Shown here: in pieces, positions 23,743 to 36,736 of the stretch
How the letters are laid out: every line of letters starts with the position of its first letter
Position numbering within the stretch: the stretch's first letter is position 1
Assembly: GCA_052327205.1 (NCBI GenBank)
Contig: CM126209.1
Span: 229,400,001-229,464,000 of the forward strand
DNA: 64,000 bases
DNA from: Somniosus microcephalus
Taxonomy: Eukaryota
Direction: 5' to 3'
Translations under genes and position numbers: made by a program
Notes under the pieces: generated by a model
What the model saw: the letters and a program-made list of their open reading frames with translations, nothing else
What the model was told of the DNA's origin: nothing
Database searches by the model: none

Positions 23743-26700
23743 TAAATGTCAGAGCCAAAGCATTTCACCTCTGGGACCGAGGTTTAGATTCAGTCCAGAT
23801 GAAGAGTTGAGGAGGGTGAAAGTCACCTTTCTCTGTCAGCTGTGAAGGTTCCGAGTGACACGGTGCTAATTTCAGTCAAAGTTATGGGGGGAAAAAAGCA
23901 AATCGCTGGTGAAATATGCGCTGAGAGTGTCATCACTTGGGAGCAAGGTGTAATTACAGTGCGATGCTTCAATCTGCAATATCTGTTTATCTGCTTTGAA
24001 AAAAAGATTTTTCTTGCTGTTTGGAGGGTACATTTCGCACTCATCAAGGTAATGTGTGCTGGAGACGGGAACATTTTGCCCACTTTCTGCACCGTGACTG
24101 AGCTTCTAGTGGTCCTGCTCAGCTCTCCAGTTGTTTATTCACAAAGTGTAGCTTTTAGCTCCATGCTCATATTTTATGGTTTATTGTGAAATATTCAAAA
24201 TCATTTTCTCATGGAAATGACATCACCACATGAAGCACACAAGAAAATTATCAAGTTGCAGTTTTTACAAATAATTATTATTTGTTGGGCTATAAGCAAC
24301 TGGTTTATATCCATATCCAATCAGTTTTCACTGCTACATCCAATTAGACATTTTCTGTAAACAAAAAAACATTGTTTGCATTGAGAATTTGACATCTTCT
24401 GACACCAGAATCATGTCAATTTGAATGTGTCATTTTTTGTGCCTATTGATCTGACACTTCACTGAGCTCCAGTGAGAGTGGAAGAGACAACAAGGCTGCT
24501 TGCTATCGGAAGCAGATACACAGACAGGCGGGAGCAGCTTCAAGATGGAACCTTTCCGGCCTAGCTTTAGAAGGAACACAAAACAAAAGTAACAGCTACG
24601 GTTCGAATTGAGTGAAAGGCAGAAATTCAAGAGGCAGTCCTAGCAGAAGGAAGGGTCATTGCCAGGTGTGTGCTGTCATTGTCCTCATGAACTTTCATGA
24701 ATTCTGTGCTGAGGTCAGCAGCGAATTTCACAACATGTAATTAATCCGCTGTGTATTATAATTGATTTAGTTAAAAGGAAATCGGATTTTTTTTTAAACC
24801 GAACCAAAGGATGCTGACGTATGTTAAAAACATGACAGGTGACCCTGGAGAGAGCAGCAAATTAAAATACACAGCTGTTTAATTAAACTTTCGGTAAAGT
24901 TGCTTGACATTTTTTGCAGACGTTATCTATGATTGATGAGGATAATAATTTTATACACCTGTAAGTGGGTTTAACTGCCAACAATACTTCTTTCATGCTG
25001 CCTTTTAAAATAAAAAGTGTTGTCAAACAAATAGTTTTGCTTTTTACATCTGCTGCCAATGTAGCAGATCAGAGCTTTGTGCAAACAGTAGCTAAGTGGC
25101 AGAGCGGGCAAAGTACTCACCTTTTTCCACCGAGACCCTTAGGTTTAGGAAGTTACTGAGAGATAGGTACAAATACAGGACCAGTACAGGCAGCGCATGA
25201 TGTGGGACTTGTAAAAAGTCCAGTGATTCTGTGACCAATGTGCTAATTCCCTCCTCCCTCCCCATGGCTGTGGTCTCAAATATTGGCATCCCAGGGTCTT
25301 AAGAGCAACCTCTCACCCCCAACTGGGTGCCTGCAACCACCATTGGGGATGTACTTAACCACTGACATATTTGGACCTGGGAGTAGTGCTGAGGAGCCAA
25401 CACACCGATCCATTGGGGACATGAGCATTACCAGTCTCTTAACACTGTTTATGCTTGTATATATTCAGTCACCTCAAAATAATTTCATTTGTGATATCAG
25501 GTGGCTCACACATCCACCCAGCATTGCTCCATTATTTTGCAATGTCCTTACTGCTCGTAGGTTTTTGGGGGGTGGGGAGAGGGAGGGTTTGATGTAAACT
25601 ACTGGTGTTTTGCCATGGGCATAGTAAACAGCTGCTCCCTGACTGATGTCTTGTTCATTGTACCAGTGCGGTTATACCATTAGCCATGTGCTCTTTTACA
25701 AGTGCTCCTTGCCGGGGTGGGGTGGGGTGGGGTGGCAGGGAGGAGTATGCAGTTCTACCAAAATAGATTTAAATAACTTGGGAAAAGTGTGACATAAATA
25801 ATACGGAGGCAAATAATACAAAAAGAAAACCTACCCTTGTGTTTAAATTTAGAAAAATGTCGTCGTCCTTGAGTAGAAAGCCATAAACAAACAAGAATGC
25901 ACAACAAAAATAAAACAGCAAACTCAGAATGAGAACCAATATCTGAAAAGATGAAGCTTTATACACAACTGTACCTGGAAACAGCTCAACCTGGCAGATG
26001 AGAACCTCCTCCTTTCAAGATAAGGAATTTATCCATAAACAGACATTTGGAATTTTGGTCATGACTGTTTGATTGGATGTGCAAATTAAAATCATTCAGT
26101 TCGATAACCATGTTTGCCCAGCTACTGCCGGGTTAAGTTGCTGCAAGGTATCACATCATGGGCTGTTGAAGTGCCTAAGGCCTAAACAGTGTAAATATTT
26201 ACCAGATCTGTTACATGGTATCTTTTCCCCCACCTTTCTCTCCTTCTCTCCTGAAGGCGATGTCTCATGCTGGGGTATGGTCTCAGGGGCAATGGCAGCC
26301 CTCCAGTCCCTCACCCAAGTAGCCATTCTATATGTGTGGGCCTAGGCAGTGGTTGTTGGCAGGCTATTAAGCTGTGGGAGGGTGGGGGCGGCTGGGCATT
26401 GCAGTCAAGCCTGATCCAGTCCCCGCCAGACGTCCACACCTGCACACTTTCCAACAACGCTCACTGGTTAATGATTGGGAGCCTGAACCATGGATGGATT
26501 TTATTTCCTTTCCTAGTCCAGGGACACTGAGGTCAACTGGGTGCCCCCACTGCCACCCAGGAAAAGATTAGCTAGCTCAGGACAGACCAGGACCTGTATT
26601 TGACACTTTCCACTCTTTATGGTTCTTTACCAGTCAGTGCACTCACTCAGCGTGCCGTCAGAGGCCTAGTAAATATATTTTAAAAATATATACAATTGAA

Positions 26701-26954
26701 TCCTGATAAATGCATATTACAGTAACTTTGTCAAGCCATGTTCTTGGTTGGGTTAGATGCTCTATAAATTGCAGACAAAAGTATCTATTTTCATACTTTT
26801 ATACCACAGACCATTTAATTGTTCATTTCATCAATTCAATCTAAACAAAAGCAACATGAAATCAATAAACTAAAGCCTACTTCTTAATTTGGCATGTGGA
26901 ATACTTTTACATCTCTAGGTGAGATTTGGTTGTGAATTATGCTTAGTGTGCTCA

Positions 26955-28400
26955 TACTTCGAATCCTCCTTAGATACGGGGGTGGTGCCAGAGGACTGGA
27001 GAATTACAAATGTTACACCCTTGTTCAAAAAAAGGTGTAAGGATAAACCCAGCAACTACAGTCAGTTTAACCTTGGTTGTGGGGAAGCTTTTAGAAATGA
27101 TAGTCAGGGACAAAATTAACAGTCACTTGGACAAGTGTGGATTAATTAAGGAAAGCCAGCATGGATCTGTTAAAGGAAAATCGTGTTTAATTAACTAGAT
27201 TGAGTTTTTTGATGAGGTAACAGAGAGGGTTGATGAGGGCAATGCAGTTGATGTGATGTACATGGATTCCAAAAGGCATTTGACAAAGTGCCACATAATA
27301 GGCTTGCCAGCAAAGTTGAAGCCCATGGAATAAAAGGCACAGTGGCAACATGGATACGAAATTGGCCAAGTGACATGAAACAGGGAGTAGTGATGAACAG
27401 TTGTTTTTCGGACTGGAGGAAGGTATACAGTGGTGTTCCCCAGGGGTCGGTTCTAGGACCACTGCTTTTCTTGATATATATTAATGACTTGGACTTGGGT
27501 GTACAGGGTACATTTTCAAAATTTGCAGATGATACAAAACTTGGAAGTATAGTGAACAGTGAGGAGGATAGTGATAGACTTCAAGAGGACATAGACAGGC
27601 TGGTGAAATGGGTGGACACATGGCAGATGAAATTTAGCGCAGAAAAGTGCAAAGTGATACATTTTGGTAGGAAGAATGAGGAGAGGCAATATAAACTAAA
27701 GGGTAAAATTCTAAAGGGGGTGCATGAACAGAGAGACCTGGGGGAATGTGCACAAATCATTGACGTTGGCAGGGCAGGTTGAGAAAGTGGTTAAAAAAGC
27801 ATCATAAATAGTGGCATAGAGTACAAAAAGAAGGAAGTTATGATGAACCTTTATAAATCACTGGTTCGACTTTAACTGGAGAATTCTGGGCACCAAACTT
27901 TACGAAGGATGTGAAGGCCTTAGAGAGGGTGCAGAAAAGATTTACGAGAATGGTTCCAGGGATGAGGGACTTCAGTTACGTGGATAGACTGGAGAAGGGT
28001 TGTTCTCCTTGGAGCAGAGAAAGTTGAGAGGAGATTTGATAGAGGTGTTCAAAATCATGATGGGTCTAGACAGAGCAGTTAGAGGGAAACTGTTCCCATT
28101 GGCGGAAGGGTCAAGAAGCAGAGGACACAGATATAAGGTGATTGGCAGAAGGTCCAAAGGCGACATGAGGAAAAACATTTTTATGCAGCGAGTGGTTATG
28201 ATCTGGAATGCACTGCCTGAAAGGGTGGTGGAGGCAGATTCAATTGTGGCTTTCAAAAGGGAATTGGATAAGTACCTGAAGGAAAAAATATTGCAGGGCT
28301 ACGGGGAAAGGGTGTGACCAGCTGAAGTGCTCTTGCAGAGAGCTGGCACGGATTTGATGGGCTGAATAGCCTCCTTCTGTGCTGTAACCATTCTATGATT
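26955..28400 (+). mobile_element. 5'-truncated, frameshifted CR1 LINE
   Basis: VPEDWR, SQHG..KGKSCL, PQGSVLGP, FADDTKLG and RGDLIEVFK motifs plus 3' tail. Confidence 0.92.
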
Positions 28401-28566
28401 CATTACAGAAAAGGATAGCAAGATCAAGAGGATATGGTAGTCTACTGGTTATATTACTAGATTAGTAATCCAGAGAACGCGAGTTCACATACCACCTTGG
28501 CAGCTTGAAATTTAAATTCTTTTCGAAAGAAAATCTGGAAATAAAAAGCTGGTGTCTGTTTCTCTA

Positions 28567-28800
28567 ATCCAAAAGCAACATACTGTGGATACTGGAAATC
28601 TGAAATAAAAACAGAAAATGCTGGAAATACTCAGCAGGTCAGGCAGCATCTGTGGAGAGAGAAAGAGAGTTAATGATTCAGGTCGATGACCTTTCGTCAG
28701 AACTGACGAAGGGTCATCGACCTGAAACATTAACTCTGTTTCTCTCTCCACAGATGCTGCCTGACCTGCTGAGTATTTCCAGCATTTTCTGTTTTTATTT
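28567..28800. mobile_element. Penelope-like terminal repeat in inverted (palindromic) configuration
   Basis: About 99-bp arms (28602-28700 / 28703-28801) with a 2-nt spacer; 11-bp flanking duplication ctgtttctcta (28556-28566, 28801-28811). Confidence 0.8.
28703..28735 (+). ncRNA. Minimal hammerhead ribozyme motif (Penelope-associated)
   Basis: CTGACGA-a-gggtc(atc)gacct-GAAA-ca-tt-aact: catalytic boxes flanking a stem II hairpin. Confidence 0.55.
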
Positions 28801-30044
28801 CTGTTTCTCTAGATTAGTGGCCTTTGGGGAGATATTAGTTTATCATGAGGTCAGAAAAACCAGCAGAAATTCTCTATTTGTTTAAGAATGTTCAGGTGTG
28901 ATTTGGTGGTGCCTAACAGATGCATTGTAAAACTTTCCTATATATGGATATATAATGGGAATCTCTGAGAAACGATTTGGCCATTGAAATTCTATACAAT
29001 AGGGAAAATGGGAAGCGGTTTTAGTTCCATAGAATGCTACACTTGGCTCAAGTACACGCTTGTCTAAGCACCATGACTGAATCTAATCCTGCCCCAACTG
29101 CGGCTGTAAATTTGCCATATTCACGTACAGTACTTTACAGGAGTCGTAAGCTGGTCAGACACCCAGACACAAATGACCTAGTAACAAGGTTGCATTTGTG
29201 TGAAATGACAATTAGCTAATTTGGCATGCTTGGAATAATTGTCCTTGTATAAATTGTTCTAAAGATAAATATTAAGTTGAGATTGACTTATAAATTGCCA
29301 TTAATAGGGGCCTGCTTCCACTCCCAGGTCAAAGGATGCTCTGCTGGTGTGTGTCTGCAGCGAGACCAGAGGTTACTTACAGGATACAATGTGGCTGTTA
29401 ACTCGCTGTCCAAACTTGTAACAATCCTCATTAATAGAAATGAATATAACAAATACGTATAAGTAGAACTGGCCCTGCACTTAATGTATCAATGAATGTA
29501 TTGTGCAATAAGGCCCTGAAATCCTCAGCTTATTCACTCGTAAGGGAGATCTTCTCTCTTTAATTTGACAGTCCTGTAAGTTAAAAGGTCTTCTTTGGCA
29601 AGCAGAATTAACTGACTATTACACAAGTCACCATAATATCATCTCCTTGGTGGATTGTGCAGTCGGCTAAATTTATCATTGCTCGAAAGCCAACAGAGTT
29701 TAGATCAACCAATTTTCTTTTGAAACTACATTACTTTATTGCTTAATTTCTTCTCTTTTTAAAGTAGAGCTCTCTACCACCATTTATGTTATTCTCCTCA
29801 GTTGAGAGGGTATTGACAGTCTGATCTCTGGACTTCTTCACAGAGGTTGGTGGTGTAGCTGAGCTTGTTACAGCTCGTTTCCGTACCTTTGCCTCCCCAG
29901 ACAAATCAGCAGGGTCTCAACTTCTATAGGGAAACACGGGGCCAATTTTACCCTAACCAGTCTAAATAAATGTACCAAAAAATAGCAGGGATATCAGCTG
30001 GTAAAAACAGCACTGAAGTTATGACGAGAGGCTGAGATGAGAGG

Positions 30045-30413
30045 TGAGCAGCTGGATGCAGGAAGGATGTTCCAGATGCAGGATGTTCCCGATGGTCGGG
30101 GAGTCCAGAGCCAGGGGTCACAGTCTAAGGATAAGGGGTAAGCCATTTAGGACAGAAATGAGGAGGAATTTCTTCACCCAGAGAGTGGCGAACCTGTGGA
30201 ATTCTCTACCACAGAAGGCAGTAGAGGCCAATACATTAAATATATTCAAGAAGGAGTTGGATATATTTCTTAAGGCTAAAGGGATCAAGGGGTATGGGGA
30301 GAAAGCAGGGACCGGGTACTGAATTTGGATGATCAGCCATGATCGCATTGAATGGCGGAGCAGGCTCGAGGGGCCGAATGGCCTACTCCTGCTCCTATCT
30401 TCTATGTTTCTAT
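30045..30413 (+). mobile_element. CR1 3' fragment (young subfamily)
   Basis: MFPMVGESRARGHSLRIRG...GYGEKAGTGY plus tail, near-identical to the copy at 1263-2496. Confidence 0.9.
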
Positions 30414-30666
30414 GGTTAATCAGCTGATTAAAGTGCCCGACAGCTGAGTAGTGCCGACAGCCTGGTAGGGTTTAAAAGTAGTAGCACAAAATGACCAGTA
30501 CAACCAATGGAAAATCTGCATGTTTGAAACAAACTGATTTTGGCATTTAATTATTTGAGCCTTATATATCCTGCCATCTCACCACAAGTGGTGATCGCTA
30601 CAAGTGGATTCTACTGTTTATTTTTTATTAGGTTCTTTTTTATTTCATTTTGAATTAAAAGAACAA

Positions 30667-31557
30667 GGGGGAAAAATTCAGTATTGCCCCGTTTGGGGCG
30701 CAATTATCGGCTGTGCGCAAAGTTTAGCGCCTGGCGCTAATTATCGCCTCCGACTGCAAACTTGGCTTTTATCACCCCTGGAGGTGATTGGAGCGCTAAA
30801 TCAGGCGCTTCACACCTGTCTTAAGGCGCAAAGGCCGACGACCGAGGCGCTACCTCAGTGCGCTGGCGAAGCTCAGGTGATGTCAGTCAGCAATGGAACA
30901 CAGACACACTGGCGCCGGCCAGTTCTTAAAGGGGGGGGTTGATCTTGCTCTCCAGACACACGCTGCTCATTGCAGCCTTGAATCTCGGCCTGGAGAGACC
31001 TGTACATCAAATCTGCTGGAAAGAACAATGGAGAGGCCATGGGAAAGAGCTCAGAGTGCAGCCCCCATAGTCTCTTCTAAATCGATACAAGGAAGGGCAA
31101 ATCAAAATGAACCTGCAAAGTGCTGCTCAGTACTCAAAACTCCTTCACACAGCGTTGAATCTCTCCAGAAGTCTCTCTCTCTCTCTCTCAGAATGCGTGG
31201 TGCAAAAATGTCACCAACAAAAAAAGGCAGGAAGCGGTTGCCTTTAAATAGCGCTCCCCTAGTCCCGTCCTGACTGCAAAACGCTCCCCTCAACCTGTCG
31301 TTGCTCGCAGCAGGCGGTAAGGCAGGGGGCGCCACTCAATATCCGCTCTGGGGCGCTAACGGGGCGTTGCGCACTCGACTGACATCGCGATCTGCCGGCG
31401 CAGGAGATCGGGGTAGTGTTTAGCACCGCCGCAAAATGTCTAGTTAATTTCGTGAGCGGCGCAAACATCGCCGCCCACGGGCGCTAGTTGCTTTGCGCCC
31501 CATTAGCGCCCTCTTAAGGCGCGAACGGGAGGTGCAAACCAACTGAATTTTCCCCCC
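30667..31557. mobile_element. Harbinger-type MITE, copy 1
   Basis: TIRs gggggaaaaattcagt / actgaattttcccccc; TSD CAA; colinear with 34777-35655. Confidence 0.88.
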
Positions 31558-31939
31558 CAAATATTTACAATTGGACAAAGCTGTAATCACATGAGGGAAA
31601 GCTGTATGAGTAAAAGAAAACATCAAATATTGGTGGTATTTCTTATGATACTTATTTATTACTTTTAAAATAGGTTAAAATAATTTTCTTTGCAATGCTC
31701 CTGTGTAAACTGCTATATTCATCCTTCATAGCTTCTAAATAGCACTGGGTGTATATTGGCCGAGTGGACCACGTTTAGTACTCATCAATGTCGTTGTCTG
31801 GTGGTCTATTTTGATCCTACTCCCTATCCTGTTCCTCTTCCAAATATTGCATTTGATAGTTTTATAATTTGGTAGATTTAAATTAGTTGCCACTTTACGT
31901 TTTTAACTAAGTGTTCATTGTGTCAGTTACAAAAGGTAG

Positions 31940-32440
31940 TAATAGGTTAGCGGAATAGGCACAAAGGTGGCAGATGCAACTTAATGTTGATAGAAGTGAG
32001 GTAATAGATTTTGGGAGGATAATTAAGGAACAGAGTATATATTCAATGGAAAGATACTGAAGGGTAGACAAGCAGTTCAAATACATAATCTCTTGTGAGT
32101 TAAGGTAGATAAAGCCATAATGAAAGCCAAGGGGGTTTTATAAATAGCGGCATAGCGTACAACACTAAGGAAGTCATGATCAGTTTGTATAAAACATTGA
32201 TTAGACCACAGTTAAAGTACTATATGCAGTTTTGGGTACCCCATTATAGAAATGACATTAAAGCGATAGAATGCCTACAGTGTAGACGTTCTAGGATGAC
32301 ACCGGAAATGGGAAGTTATAGTAATGATTATGGGACTATTTCCACTGCAGCAGAGAAGGATAAGAGGAGACGTAATGAAGGTTTTTAAAATGATGAAGCG
32401 TTTTGATATGGTGAATAGATAGGGGTATTTTTTCTGTTGG
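31940..32440 (+). mobile_element. Old degenerate CR1 fragment
   Basis: LYKTLIRPQLKYYMQFWVPH motif. Confidence 0.7.
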
Positions 32441-33682
32441 CGAGTCAGTGATGATGTTGTTGAGTGCTTCAGCAAAGAACCAGGATAGATATGAATGGCA
32501 CTCCTTTGTGCAGTAAACTTCTATGGAGAGTGATAGAGACTTCCCTTTTTAAAATATGATTTATCTATTGAGAAGGTGCTTTGCTGTGTGATTTCTGAAC
32601 TCCTCACATGTCGATGCCTCACAACTGAATGTCACACTGGCAAAAACAAGCTGCCTCAAGATAAATATTCTTTTCTACCATAATTACTTGCTTTTTTGGG
32701 GGAAAATTGATAGTTAAAAAAAAAAACTTCTACCCAATCCTATTCACTTTCTATCTGGGTCAATATATCTGTATCTATATATCTATGTAGCATTCAGTTT
32801 CCATGCTATCCTATTCTACCAATTTTAAATTGACTGTGCTGACCATTAGCCTGCTAAACAGACAGGAACTCCATACAGCAAGAACGAGTGTTTGGACTAT
32901 CATTTCAAGGGCTAAAATGAATAACAATTGATATTTTCTCGTGCTGAATTGGGAGGGATTAGTTCTGCTGGTTTTCCAACATATGATTCCTTGCTCTCCC
33001 TTGGTGATTTTGTTTTGTGCCTATTGAGATGAAGAGTAAGCATTCTGAGGAATGGTTGACTTTTTTTTTACAGCCAGTGTCAGAATCGAACATTCCCAGG
33101 TGAGGTACAGCATGGGTTCTTTAAAAGGTGAAGCTCCCTCAACACAGTTATCACCAATACGCATTAGCCCTAACTCAGAAGGCCACCCCATGTGACAAAT
33201 GTTTTTTTTCCCCACACCAGCCATTTCTATGGTGTCTGCAAGTGTGATTGCTAATTTAGTGCTATTTAGTGCCATGTAACAAGAATAGAAACTACTCCAT
33301 GAAGGCTACACTATTTGCCATCACCCGCCCCCCACCCCCCACCCCCGCACCCACACCACCACCCTGAAAAAAAAAGCTCACCATTTCTGGACAGATCGAT
33401 ACAACTGACAGTAATGTTATAGGCTGGACCTACTCCAAAAGGTTTCCTTTACTGATAGGTCTGTCAGAAATAGTTGAATACAATGCTTCACACTATTTCA
33501 ATAGCAAATTACTAAGAACAAAGTCTAGCTTGAGAATAAGTAATTGCAATGCCTAATGTTAGCTCTAAATTATAGATCCCTTTTACTGATATCACACTGC
33601 TGTCCATGGACAGATTCCATTATATTTGCAACAGAAATTGATGTGAGTGGCCTTCAGTTATAAACAAGAGATCAAACGGTAC

Positions 33683-33784
33683 CTTTTGCACAGTCAGCCC
33701 CGTGGAATCCTGGGAAGCAGTGACAAACTCCCGACACACACTCTCCATTGCCATGGCAATTGTGAGGACACTCCTGCACAGAAT
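33683..33784 (-). CDS. TENM2: Teneurin (TENM2-like) coding exon, EGF repeat 1
   Basis: Read by hand (absent from ORF track): (D)[33 protein letters not shown]; acceptor tatcag|AT, donor AAAG|gtaccg; 102 nt, phase 1 to 1; bridges the other two exons exactly. Confidence 0.93.
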
Positions 33785-34776
33785 CTGATAACGTCATAAG
33801 CATGGTTAGTAATCAGTTTCCATTTAGGTGAATATTCAATAACTGAATCTTTCGACTGAAAGATCCAAAAGCATTTTTGTTTTTAGTTTTGTTTTGAGTA
33901 AATTATCTTTTATGTTCATCAAGGTGATGGATGTCGGTGCTGAAGAATGGAACACCTTTACCATTCTGGCATGAGTTTCAAGTCCTGCCAGGTCAGCATG
34001 AAGCAGAAGCAGAGTTAACAGTCCCTTTAGTCCACCGCAACAAACTCAGCTGAAGAACAGCACTCACTAATTCACCAGCGTGACATTTTCATTTCCTACA
34101 ACTTAGCTGCATTTGACTGAAAATGTCAAGTTAAGGACATTAGAAAGTATTGGATAATAAAAGGCTATTTTGCTCATCAAATCTGTTCCTTCCACTGACC
34201 ACGTACAATTTGCTGTACTGTGGACTCCATCCAACTGATCTAATCTCCCAAGGAAATGTTCTGCAAAATTTCTCCCTGTGATTCCAAGGTAATTAAGTGA
34301 AAGTTCAGAATATCTTGCTAATGTTACAATCTACATTATTCAGTATTAATCAGCTACTTTCCACAGATGATATTTTCATGATCTCAGCAGTACTCAAATT
34401 AATATATTGGATGCAGTATTTGATCACTTCTTATATTTATCTTTATAACCTTCAATTCCATTCCCCACCAGATACTAAGTAATTAGCACAGAATTATGGC
34501 TGAACGTGAAGCCAGATTCCAGAGGTGTGAGGTCGAACGCTGCTCCATTACATGACTCAGCTCCCAAACCAATTTCTTTTTGCCACTAATTTTCTTGCCT
34601 TTTCTCCCATCTTCTCCAAATATGGTGACTTTTGGGCATACAATTCCACGGGTGGGAATAGAAATTACAAGTAAAAATAGCAAAGTCTACTCAGAAATAC
34701 TGCCTTAAAAAGGAAGTAAAAGAAAAAAAAAGTTTTTCATTCTAGAATATGAGCTATTGTTCAGACATGAAACTAG

Positions 34777-35655
34777 GGGGGAGAAATTCAGTATCGCCCC
34801 GTTTGGGGCGCAATTATCGTCCGGGTGCAAAGTTTAGCGCCTGGTGCTAATTATCGCCTCCGACTGCAAACTTGGCTTCTATCGCCCCTGGAGGTGATTG
34901 GAGCGCTAAATCAGGTGCTACATACCTCTCTTAAGGCGCTAACGCCGAGGAGCGAGGCGCTACCTCAGAGCGCTGGTGAAGCTCATGTGATGTCAGTCAG
35001 CAATGGAACACAGACACACTGGCGCCGGCCAGTTCTTAAAGGGGAGGATCAATCTTGCTCTCCATCCACACCCTGCTCATTGCAGCCTTGAATCTCGGCC
35101 TCGAGAGACCTGTACATCAATTCTGCTGGAAAGAACAATGGAGAGACCCAGGGAAAGAGCTCAGAGTGCAGCCCCCATAGCCTCTTCTAAATTGATGCAA
35201 GGATGGTCAAATCAAAATGAACCTGCAAAGTGCTGCTCAGTACCCAAAACGCCTTCACACAGCCTTGAATCTCTCCAGAAGCCTCTCTCTCTCTCAGAAT
35301 GCATGGTGCAAAAATGTCGCCGACAAAAAATGGCAGGAAGCGGTCGCCTTTAAATAGCGCTCCCCCAGTGGCTTCCCGACTGCAAAACGTTCCCCTCTAC
35401 CTGTCATTGCTAGCAGCAGGCGGAAAGGCAGGGGGCGCCACTCAATATCTGGTCTGGGGCGCGACACGCTCGACTGACGTCACGATCTGCGGGCACAGGA
35501 GATCGTGGTGGTAGTGTTTAGTGCCACCGAAAAATGTATGGTCAATTTTGCGAGTGGCGCAAACATTGCTGCGCCCGGGTGCTAGTTTCTTTGCGCCCAA
35601 TTAGCGCCCTCTTTGGGCGCTAACGGGAGGCGCAAAGCAACCACATTTTTCCCCC
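34777..35655. mobile_element. Harbinger-type MITE, copy 2
   Basis: TIRs gggggagaaattcagt / catttttccccc; TSD TAG; colinear with 30667-31557. Confidence 0.88.
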
Positions 35656-35884
35656 TAGATATCTTGGGCGGGGGTCTAAATTTGGGGTAGGCCCTGATTA
35701 TGAGGGGTCGCCATCACTTTTCTTCTGGATTTTCAAATACCAGCAGAAGTGGGAGAGGTCACTTCTTGCATCCACCTCCTTCAAAATGACATTCCAGAAA
35801 GAGGCAGGACTGACAGGATCAGAGCTGCATGAAGCAGATACACTTGCTTGACAGTACTTGATTCTGGTAGGGGTGAGAAAAATA

Positions 35885-36045
35885 AAAACTTGCATTTATA
35901 TAGCACCTTTCACGACCTCAGGACGACCCAAAGCGCTTTTTAGCCAATAAAGTACTTTTGAAGTTATAATGTCGGAAATGCGGCAGCCAATTTGTACACA
36001 GCAAGTTCCCACAAACAGCAATGTGATAATGACCAGATAATCTGA
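35885..36045 (-). mobile_element. Deu-domain SINE 3' fragment
   Basis: Homologous to the 3' part of the SINE at 54115-54560. Confidence 0.75.
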
Positions 36046-36736
36046 GGCGAGTGTCCAAATTGTGCTAAAAATAGCATTGCCATCCGCCCAAACTATGAAA
36101 ATGGCTCTGACCTTGGGATTTTGGACGGCACATCCATGTGGTGGATGGAAGCTCTGCCCTGCCCCAGAACTTCACCTAAGAGCCCACAAGGGGCATTCTG
36201 GGGGCTAGGGTTTCCAGTTTTTTGAATTAACCGTTCAAGCCCAACCAAATGCAAAATTTTAAAGCTTGTATTTAAATTAAAAGCATTGAATAAAACATGA
36301 CGTGCATTATATCCTCAGAGCCACTCTTTCCTATTGACACATGCTCACCCACTCCTCAGAGCTATGCTTGCCTCCCTAATCTATTAAATAGAAATCTTGG
36401 ATTCATAACCACCAATTCACCCTTAAAATTAAACAAAGTGGATTGAAAGACAAAACAAACTTTTACATTTCCAATGTCTCAAAGTGTCAAACAGGGGTTG
36501 CCATCATAGCAAATTAGAAATTAATGTTTCAGAAAACAAATATATCTAATTTTTTAAATACAAGAGTAGCAATAACCTTAAATGGCAAAAGATAATTTGG
36601 TTTTGACTCAATCACCTGTCACAAAATACAATCCTATGCTTTTGTTGCCTCTTTGCCAATTCTCAACTGTTTCCATATTTAACATGAAGTACTGCTTATT
36701 TAAACCATTATATTATATCCTCTCTGAATATTTAAT

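Noticed and set aside
25970-26020. Possible teneurin micro-exon (aag|...ccag|gtacag on minus)
   Set aside because: 37 nt is not frame-preserving, the splice signals are weak, and the known teneurin micro-exons lie further downstream
30604-31468. Paralogous small ORFs here and at 34825-35514, suggesting a duplicated gene
   Set aside because: Both lie inside copies of one MITE with TIRs and TSDs; frames are not conserved
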